Source: Tenericutes bacterium ADurb.Bin087
GTDB lineage: Bacteria > Bacillota_I > Bacilli_A > RFN20 > CAG-826
Reading direction: 5' to 3'
NCBI GenBank assembly: GCA_002070905.1
Contig: MWEF01000003.1
Span: forward strand, 11,216-75,215
DNA length: 64,000 bases
This document shows positions 57,425 to 64,000 of the stretch, one piece after another. The translations under genes and the position numbers were made by a program. Position 1 is the stretch's first letter. Each line of letters starts with the position of its first letter. Below the pieces are notes generated by a model. The model made no database searches. It was not told where the DNA came from and saw nothing but the letters and a program-made list of their open reading frames with translations.

Positions 57425-58378
57425 ATGGAAAAGAGATTACGGGTGGCACTTTATCTTAAAATGCTCATTGGTTTTATGATAAGTTTTACAATTGCCTATT
57501 TACTAAAAATGCCAACAAGCTATACCGCAGGTGTTGTCGCTGTCTTAAACTTATGGTATAGTCGTGATAACGTCGTTAAGACTGCACTGATTCGCGTATT
57601 ATCAAGTTTAATTGGCCTTGCCACTAGTGCACTCTTGTTCTTTTTACTCGGTTATACAATTTATAATCTCTTCCTCATGGTCTTTGTTGTCCTTGCGCTC
57701 CTTTATGTCTTTAAGCTTGAATACGGCGCCACACCAACACTTGTCTTAATTGGTCAGCAGTGGGCACAGCAAACCCAAGAAGCACCCTTAAATGCCTTTA
57801 TTACGCTTTTAATTGGGACAATTCCCGCCCTTTTACTTAATTTATTTGCCTTTCGTAAATCAAAAATCTTACTTATTAATCAACAAAAACTAGATACAGA
57901 ACTCGCTAATATCTTTACGTATTTTGTAAAAGATGAAACTTATGACTTTCGTGTCATTGATCAGATTCTGAAAGACACACGTGAGAGTCTCCAAATTGCG
58001 CTTGATAATTATGAAGTGAAAAACATCATGCAAAACTTCCACTATATTAATATGCGCACGGAGCAGATTAATGTCTTAAGACGAATAGTAAACGACTTAA
58101 GCATGTTAGAAAGTTCGCCATATAAACACGAAATCACTACTTATTTACATACGTTTAAAGACAAGATTGGCCTTGCAGATTACGCGAGTGATTTAATGGT
58201 TAAGCACGACGAACTTGTCAGCTATTACCGCGCACTTGAACTCCCAAAAACAAGAGCGGAATTCGAACACCGCGCGCTTTTATTTGCGATTCTCGAAGAA
58301 ATAAAACTCTTCCTTAATCTAAAACTCGATTATCATCAGATCTATCCGTGTAAGGAAAAGCGACAGATAAGCGAATAA
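57425..58378 (+). CDS. Aromatic acid exporter (ArAE/FUSC-like) family membrane protein
   Basis: 317 aa. About 5 N-terminal TM helices plus a soluble helical C-terminal domain. Confidence 0.72.
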   Translation: MEKRLRVALYLKMLIGFMISFTIAYLLKMPTSYTAGVVAVLNLWYSRDNVVKTALIRVLSSLIGLATSALLFFLLGYTIYNLFLMVFVVLALLYVFKLEYGATPTLVLIGQQWAQQTQEAPLNAFITLLIGTIPALLLNLFAFRKSKILLINQQKLDTELANIFTYFVKDETYDFRVIDQILKDTRESLQIALDNYEVKNIMQNFHYINMRTEQINVLRRIVNDLSMLESSPYKHEITTYLHTFKDKIGLADYASDLMVKHDELVSYYRALELPKTRAEFEHRALLFAILEEIKLFLNLKLDYHQIYPCKEKRQISE

Positions 58379-58396
58379 TAGTGATTATAAGCAAAT

Positions 58397-58426
58397 AAAA
58401 ACCATCGGCACTCACCGATGGTTTTC
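58397..58426. terminator. Bidirectional terminator between the ArAE gene and the EF-G paralogue
   Basis: AAAACCATCGG-CACTCA-CCGATGGTTTT. Confidence 0.75.
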
Positions 58427-58444
58427 TCTGCATAAAATAGCTAA

Positions 58445-60511
58445 TTACTTATCTTTTTCAAGCCGTGAATTTGCTGCAATCACACCTTGTAATAAGTTTG
58501 AGGGCACTTCTTGATAACTATCAAATTCACTATTGAAGCTACCACTGCCTTGACTTAAGACGCGGAGTTTAATGGCATAGTCTAATAGTTCAGCTTCTGG
58601 CACTAAAGCGGTAATTTCTTGCGTACCATAACCACTTTCGTCCATACTTAACACCCGTGCCCGCCGTTGGTTAAGGTCATTCATGACGTTACCCGTAAAT
58701 TCATTAGTGACACTGATGGTAATTTTCATAATTGGTTCAAGTAAAGTTGGGGCACAATTCATATATGCTTCGCGATAAGCTAAAATTGCGGCCATGCGGA
58801 AGGCTTGTTCGTTACTATCGACACTGTGGTATTTACCATCAAATAACACTGCTTTTAAGCCGATAACGGGGAAACCCGCAAGTTGGCCTTCTTGGACACT
58901 TTCAAAGAACCCTTTTTCCACCGCGGGGTGATAGTTTTTAGGTACTGTTCCACCAAAGATTTCTTCGGTAAAGATGTTTTCATCACTCCCACTTGGACCA
59001 AAGCGCATTTCAACAACACCGTAAAAGCCACTGCCACCTGATTGCTTAACATAACGACCAACGGCACTTGCTTCACGTTTTACCGTTTCACGGTAAATTA
59101 CTTGTGGTGCGTCCGTATTTGCTTCAAAGCCAAACGTGTTTTTCACTTTATCTAACACAAAGTTGAGGTGACTATCACTTAAGCCCCCGAGTAAGAGTTG
59201 TTTTGTTTCAGGAACACGCGTAATTTCAATGGTGGGGTCTTCCGCGGCGACACGATAGAGTGCTTGAATGAGTTTTTCTTCATCGCGACTATTTTTCGCG
59301 CTGATGGCGCGACGATACACAATTGTGGGATATTTAGCGCGTGGGAAAGTAACGACATCATTTTTATCACATAATGTGTGACCTGTTGTAATCCCGTCTA
59401 ACTTTGCAAAGGCGACGATATCACCGGCAATTGCTTTTTGGATGTTATTTTGTTTCGCGCCTAAAAGACTAAACATTTGGGAAGCGCGCATTGTCGAATT
59501 AAGTTCTGCATTATACACATCGCTACCAAGTTCTAAACTACCGCTAACGACGAAGGCATAGTTTGTGGTGCCTTTATATTGGTCATACACCGTTTTAAAG
59601 ATGTAAGCACTAAAAGGTTCACTTTCACTAATTTTACGGATAACTTCTCTATTACCACGATCTTTCCCTTTCATTTCCTTAATGAAAGCGGGACTTGGTA
59701 AATATGTAATCATCATGTCCACTAGTGTATTAACACCAATGTTTTCAGTGCTGCTACCAACAACAACAGGGGCAACTTCACCGCTTAACACAGCGTTTTT
59801 AAGTCCGCTCGCGATTTCTTCAGCGCTTAACGCTTCGCCGCTAAAGAATTTTTCTAAAAGCGCGTCATCAGTTAAGGCCACTTGTTCAACAAGCGCATTA
59901 TTCATTTCGCTAACTTTTGCTTTCGTTGCTTCATCAAGCTCAACTGGCACACGTTTATGGCCATCAGCTTTAACTGCTTTTAAAGTTGTAACATCGACAA
60001 AGCCATTAAAATGTTTGCCGTCATTAAGTGGATAAGTAAAACTAACACCTTTTTTTCCAAGCGAATTAGTAATTTTTTCGAGCACTTCATCAAAGTTCAC
60101 TAACTCCTTATCCATTTTATTAACAAAGATAAAGGTTGGAACCCCGTATTTCTTTAATAAATTAAAGTGTTTAATGGTACCAACTTCAATCTTACCCGCA
60201 TCAAGCACTAACACGGCGGCTTTTACAAAATCAAGCACACCAATCACGTCGGCAACAAAGTCGTCGTTACCGGGTGCATCAAGTAAGTTTAAACGATAGC
60301 CATTATAGTCAAGGCTCACGACCGCCATTGAACATGATGTTAAACGTGCTTTTTCTTCAGGGGTAAAGTCACTAATTGTATTTTTACGGTCAACACTGCC
60401 CGCTGGTTGTTTTAAGATATTACTAGCGATTTGTTCGACAAGTGTTGTTTTTCCTGAGCCCTGGTGCCCTAGGAAGATAATGTTTCTAATTTTATCGGTG
60501 GTATAACTCAT
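58445..60511 (-). CDS. Divergent EF-G-family translational GTPase paralogue (EF-G II / ribosome-protection-like)
   Basis: 688 aa with EF-G five-domain length. G1 is GHQGSGKTT, G3 is DAPGNDDF and G4 is NKMD. AAGGAG SD. Confidence 0.9.
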   Translation of the reverse strand: MSYTTDKIRNIIFLGHQGSGKTTLVEQIASNILKQPAGSVDRKNTISDFTPEEKARLTSCSMAVVSLDYNGYRLNLLDAPGNDDFVADVIGVLDFVKAAVLVLDAGKIEVGTIKHFNLLKKYGVPTFIFVNKMDKELVNFDEVLEKITNSLGKKGVSFTYPLNDGKHFNGFVDVTTLKAVKADGHKRVPVELDEATKAKVSEMNNALVEQVALTDDALLEKFFSGEALSAEEIASGLKNAVLSGEVAPVVVGSSTENIGVNTLVDMMITYLPSPAFIKEMKGKDRGNREVIRKISESEPFSAYIFKTVYDQYKGTTNYAFVVSGSLELGSDVYNAELNSTMRASQMFSLLGAKQNNIQKAIAGDIVAFAKLDGITTGHTLCDKNDVVTFPRAKYPTIVYRRAISAKNSRDEEKLIQALYRVAAEDPTIEITRVPETKQLLLGGLSDSHLNFVLDKVKNTFGFEANTDAPQVIYRETVKREASAVGRYVKQSGGSGFYGVVEMRFGPSGSDENIFTEEIFGGTVPKNYHPAVEKGFFESVQEGQLAGFPVIGLKAVLFDGKYHSVDSNEQAFRMAAILAYREAYMNCAPTLLEPIMKITISVTNEFTGNVMNDLNQRRARVLSMDESGYGTQEITALVPEAELLDYAIKLRVLSQGSGSFNSEFDSYQEVPSNLLQGVIAANSRLEKDK

Positions 60512-60526
60512 AATTTCTCCTTTTTA

Positions 60527-61078
60527 TTAATCTAAACTACCAATGAGTTTGAGTGCTTTTTCAAAAATCATTTCTTGATCACAGTTCGTTGTATCAAGCA
60601 TTTTGCGTGGTAATACTTCAGGTTCATTGCGTAATTTTAAAATGTAATCTCCAAATTCCTCTAATGACCGCAAGGGATGCGTTAAATGAACGGGGTGACG
60701 ATTTTCATAATGTTCACGATATAAAAAGCGTTCAAATAATACATCTAAATCACCCGTTAAATAGAGCAAATCAACTTTATGTCCCGTAAATTCAACGTCA
60801 CGTTTAATTTGTTCTAATTGTTCGGTGTGAAAATTAGCTTCTAAAATAACACTGCCCTTTACTTGGGCTACACGCCACGCAATATGCCGTAAGAGTGCAT
60901 ATGAGGAGCGTGAAATTTGTTTATTTTCGTCAATACCTTCAAACGAAATTTTTTCGCCGAGTATTTCTTTAAAGCGCGCTTTAGAGAAATAAGGGATTTG
61001 GTAATGGCGGGATAAGCGTTTCGCTAACGCACTTTTACCAGCGGCGAGGTCACCTGAAATAATAATGATTTTGGCCAT
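60527..61078 (-). CDS. Small P-loop NTPase/kinase-fold protein (AAA_33 / chloramphenicol-phosphotransferase-like, tentative)
   Basis: 183 aa with Walker A ISGDLAAGKS at the N-terminus. It lies 15 nt upstream of the EF-G paralogue. Confidence 0.7.
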   Translation of the reverse strand: MAKIIIISGDLAAGKSALAKRLSRHYQIPYFSKARFKEILGEKISFEGIDENKQISRSSYALLRHIAWRVAQVKGSVILEANFHTEQLEQIKRDVEFTGHKVDLLYLTGDLDVLFERFLYREHYENRHPVHLTHPLRSLEEFGDYILKLRNEPEVLPRKMLDTTNCDQEMIFEKALKLIGSLD

Positions 61079-61111
61079 GCTTTCATTTTCCTTTCTACTT
61101 TAGCACAATAT

Positions 61112-61146
61112 ATAAAAAGGCACTTTAATGTTTAGTGCCTTCTTTT
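61112..61146 (-). terminator. Rho-independent terminator after the TM-DUF2188 gene
   Basis: The minus strand reads AAGGCACT-AAACATTAA-AGTGCCTT followed by T5. Confidence 0.7.
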
Positions 61147-61149
61147 TAA

Positions 61150-62034
61150 TTACGTAATAATGCGCCCTTTATTGGCGCCTTTTGAGGCGAAGACACGAAC
61201 AACTCCGTTGTTGTTACTCGCTAAAATTTCAGCGTATGCAATCGCTTCTTTTTGGGTGTCGAAAATTTTAATTGCTTTCCGACTTTGGGCGATTTTGACA
61301 ATCCAACGATCATCTTTGGCCCGTTTCATGATGTGATAAATACGTTCGTATTCTTTTTCTTTCTTGACGTCTTCTTTTTTCACTTCTTCCATTTCCTTTT
61401 CCTGTTCTGCCGCTTTTTCCGGCACTTTTTCTTTTGCTTTTTTCGCTTTTGGTTTTTCTGCAGCTTTGCGTTCAGCTTCGCTTACTTCTTCTAAGCTTTC
61501 TTCATCTTCCACTTCTTCGTCACTATAAACAATTGGTGCTGGATCTGGTCCGCGTGTTGGCTTTTCTTCGACAACTTCGTACACTTCCGCTTCAAGTTCT
61601 TTTTCATCAGCGCGTTGTTTTCTTGTTGGAAGTGCCATATCAACGAACGCTAAGACAAAGAGCACTAAAAAGACAAGGACAATAAAGCCCGCGCCTGTAG
61701 AAAACACTAAACTTTCGGGCGCTACTGCTGGATCAATCCATTCTGGTAATGCGCGTGGCACTACGAGTAAATAGCTAATAATGGAGAGAAATAATGCAAC
61801 GGGAACAATTGTGCATTTATTTTTCTTCTTACACTTCACAGCAATGTTAATAATTAATACAACAAATGCCACTGCTGGAGGAATAATGGCCCACCAAAGA
61901 GCGGGGAATAATCCCACTAATAAGGGGATAGCCGCGACAAAGAGATCTAACCGATATCCAAAATAGGCCACAACAAGACCTAAGATGGTTAAGGTAAGAG
62001 CACTAAGAGCGGTATAAAAAACACATTTCTTCAT
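61150..62034 (-). CDS. Membrane protein with K/E-rich linker and C-terminal DUF2188 domain
   Basis: Start trimmed to ATG 62034 (AAGGAG SD; MKKCVFYTAL...). About 4 TM helices, then a charged linker (EKPKAKKAKEK...), then a C-terminus YHIMKRAKDDRWIVKIAQSRKAIKIFDTQKEAIAYA. Confidence 0.7.
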   Translation of the reverse strand: MKKCVFYTALSALTLTILGLVVAYFGYRLDLFVAAIPLLVGLFPALWWAIIPPAVAFVVLIINIAVKCKKKNKCTIVPVALFLSIISYLLVVPRALPEWIDPAVAPESLVFSTGAGFIVLVFLVLFVLAFVDMALPTRKQRADEKELEAEVYEVVEEKPTRGPDPAPIVYSDEEVEDEESLEEVSEAERKAAEKPKAKKAKEKVPEKAAEQEKEMEEVKKEDVKKEKEYERIYHIMKRAKDDRWIVKIAQSRKAIKIFDTQKEAIAYAEILASNNNGVVRVFASKGANKGRIIT

Positions 62035-62219
62035 AAGTTCTCCTTTTCCTAAATTAAAACTCACTGATATTATATAAAAATATTTGTTATAAGTAAACAA
62101 ATAGCGGTCAAAATTAAGCAAAAAAGCACCTTTTTGTGGATATTGAAAAAGAGTAAGCGCTTTATTAATTTAAATATGTCGTTAAATAATTATATTTAAT
62201 TTCTAAATTAATGAGTGGC

Positions 62220-63872
62220 TTATGGAGCTAAAATTTCGGAACCATACGCTGTCACACTCGTTAACGTTGCTACTTTTTGGACAAAGGCGATGTGATAAAA
62301 ATAATTAACACCATCTTCCGTAGCGTTAAAGCTTACAACAATCTGTGTCCCAAGTCCGCGCCTGTACTCATAGCGTTTAGTACTTTGATAAGCAACACCT
62401 GTACCAGTATATTCATAAAGCATACTTTCTTCATCGTGAACCTTAAGTGTTGTATTCGTTTTAAAAACACAAACACTAATGATTTGTGGCTGCCGCATAA
62501 CATTGGCCCCAATATTTTCTTCAGCGCCACTTATTAAGTTAATGCGATACGAATATTTTCCCTTGTCAGCGATAACATAATCATTTTTCGAACGACCGAC
62601 AATATAATCATAGTCAAAAGGTACGACTTCTTGCCCGCGACTATTAATCACCCCATACTTTTCATTTACTTTGCCATAAAAATAACCATGTGTCGCACTA
62701 TAACTAAAGTCCGTAAGATAACTTAAATCTTTGACAAATTTAAAGTCGTTATCATAAATACTCTTAGTCGTTAAGTGATAATAGCAACCTTTGACGGCAA
62801 CGTAAGCGGTAATTCCTTTATTCGTAACATCGTCATAAAGTTTCCCTGTAATATCCGCAATGTATTCAAAACTCTCACCCATTGCTTTTTTATTCACATA
62901 ATTAATAGTAAATAAGCAGTAATTAAAGATGTTATCTTTATCACGTAGTGGGTATACTGCATCAACAAAATACCCTAAATTAAGGAGCGTATTTGTGCCC
63001 GTTAACAGATCAATCGTCCCTAATGTATACTTAATCGGCTGATTGTAATAGATTAAGTCATAATCTTCACCTTCACTAACATTAACTTTAGTGCGGTAAA
63101 AGATCTTTCCACTGAAGAAAGCCATTAAATCAGTATTCGCGGGCATATTAAAGCGGCACACTTCATTTCCACTCGCATTACGAACGATATATTCATCATC
63201 ATAAGTAATCGTATACCCAGGTAAACCATAATCATCTAATGCGATAGGTTCAGGTTCATAATTTGGATAATAATTAAAGATGTTAACATCGGTAACACTA
63301 GCAACACCAAATTCGTCATAGACATAATATATTTCTTCATCATGTACTTCTCCGCCCCCTTGTTCACGCACATTGACAAGGACTTGGGCGTAAATTATGC
63401 CTTCATGTTCACGCTCATTGACGACAATGCACTCATTTGTGCCGTTATAGAGTAAATTACCATAGCCATCAAATACATACATATTTTCGTAATACACACG
63501 AATAACCGCGGCGATTAATTGATAACTAGCGACAGTAACATCGCGAATTGACTCATGTCTAAACATATTATGGACAATTTGTTGACCCAGTGGAATTGAA
63601 TAAAAACCAATCCGATTAAATTCATTTTTCGTCACTAATATGCCTTGGTCACTAAAGCCTTGTGACTGAATACTAGCAGTCTTAAGCGCTGTATATTCTT
63701 TCACACTTTCAATATATCCGTAATCTATCTCTGGTTCTTTTATCGCGTTATTACGGAGCATCTCTGTTGTCAATACAGATTCATGCGGTATTTCAGAACT
63801 CGAGGTCTTTAGGCACCCCGTAAGCGGGCTACTTAAAAGGAGCACCACTAATAAGAAATTTCTTTTTTTCAT
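62220..63872 (-). CDS. WG-repeat (KWG-like) lipoprotein
   Basis: Start trimmed to ATG 63872 (MKKRNFLLVVLLLSSPLTGC lipobox). Repeats of the type GYFYGKVNEKYGVINSRGQEVVPFDYDYI. Confidence 0.72.
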   Translation of the reverse strand: MKKRNFLLVVLLLSSPLTGCLKTSSSEIPHESVLTTEMLRNNAIKEPEIDYGYIESVKEYTALKTASIQSQGFSDQGILVTKNEFNRIGFYSIPLGQQIVHNMFRHESIRDVTVASYQLIAAVIRVYYENMYVFDGYGNLLYNGTNECIVVNEREHEGIIYAQVLVNVREQGGGEVHDEEIYYVYDEFGVASVTDVNIFNYYPNYEPEPIALDDYGLPGYTITYDDEYIVRNASGNEVCRFNMPANTDLMAFFSGKIFYRTKVNVSEGEDYDLIYYNQPIKYTLGTIDLLTGTNTLLNLGYFVDAVYPLRDKDNIFNYCLFTINYVNKKAMGESFEYIADITGKLYDDVTNKGITAYVAVKGCYYHLTTKSIYDNDFKFVKDLSYLTDFSYSATHGYFYGKVNEKYGVINSRGQEVVPFDYDYIVGRSKNDYVIADKGKYSYRINLISGAEENIGANVMRQPQIISVCVFKTNTTLKVHDEESMLYEYTGTGVAYQSTKRYEYRRGLGTQIVVSFNATEDGVNYFYHIAFVQKVATLTSVTAYGSEILAP

Positions 63873-63910
63873 GACTACATTTCCCCCTTCTAACAATAAA
63901 ATGTTAGATG

Positions 63911-64000
63911 TTACGCTGCAAAAACGTAAGTAAGGACTAACCCTGAAACAATGAGTGCTTGGCCTAGTAAATAAAAGAGCATGATGTAGTAATCACGACG
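63911..64000 (-). CDS. 3' end of an unidentified (hydrophobic C-terminus) gene running off the window
   Basis: Manual translation gives ...RRDYYIMLFYLLGQALIVSGLVLTYVFAA then TAA at 63913..63911. Only 29 codons are visible. Confidence 0.35.
   Translation of the reverse strand, partial: RRDYYIMLFYLLGQALIVSGLVLTYVFAA

Noticed and set aside
1-64000. Search for CRISPR arrays, IS elements, integrases, prophage genes, toxin-antitoxin pairs and known defence systems
   Set aside because: I saw no short direct-repeat/spacer arrays and no transposase, recombinase or phage-like ORFs. No small adjacent gene pair has TA-like features. The helicase at 1452..3785 and the NYN protein are single genes in housekeeping or sugar contexts, not islands.

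Overview
AT-rich, gene-dense chromosomal segment that looks like a Mollicutes or Bacillota genome, possibly Acholeplasma-like. Support: the standard code gives long uninterrupted ORFs with no sign of UGA=Trp, ClpB lacks its N-domain and sits under CIRCE control, and a lipoprotein nuclease is present. About 50 CDS are present. Nearly all genes from 1 to 50.5 kb are on the minus strand.

The first ~40 kb is core housekeeping with classic Bacillota synteny:
- lepA; fmt plus a nuclease-helicase; rpsT; holA-comEC-comEA; greA.
- yrzB-ruvX-alaS with an Ala T-box leader; mnmA-dtd-pdp; plsC.
- pullulanase-acpS-ftsK; RNase J; a three-gene flavoprotein (glycerol-3-phosphate dehydrogenase-like) operon.
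- pnp-rpsO; ribF-truB; rimP-nusA-ylxR-ylxQ-infB-rbfA.

The segment from 40 to 64 kb is more accessory:
- a surface SGNH esterase, tRNA-Thr(GGU), a lipoprotein endonuclease I, CIRCE-controlled clpB and a TPR protein.
- a galactoside/raffinose-type sugar cluster (galT, GH36 alpha-galactosidase, GH2, GPH symporter), interrupted by a membrane-fused spermidine-synthase-like protein and a NYN/LOTUS protein.
- an ArAE-type exporter, a divergent EF-G paralogue preceded by a small P-loop kinase, a TM-DUF2188 protein and a WG-repeat lipoprotein.

I found no rRNA, CRISPR array, IS/transposase, integrase, prophage or recognisable canonical defence system. No single locus is a convincing new multi-gene system. 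The best candidates for follow-up are:
1. The P-loop kinase plus EF-G paralogue operon, in which the catalytic His of the GTPase is replaced by Asn.
2. A RecB-type nuclease fused to an XPD/DinG Fe-S helicase and translationally coupled to fmt.
3. A TtcA-like PP-loop ATPase fused to a GNAT acetyltransferase.
4. A NYN/LOTUS protein apparently co-transcribed with a GH2 glycosidase.
5. A recurrent TGnTAAnAT-N6-8-ATG architecture with no Shine-Dalgarno, suggesting leaderless mRNAs at several genes.
6. Tandem CIRCE operators wrapped around the clpB promoter.
7. A terminator-like hairpin in the rimP-nusA leader.

All functional calls rest on motif recognition by eye. No database search was run.
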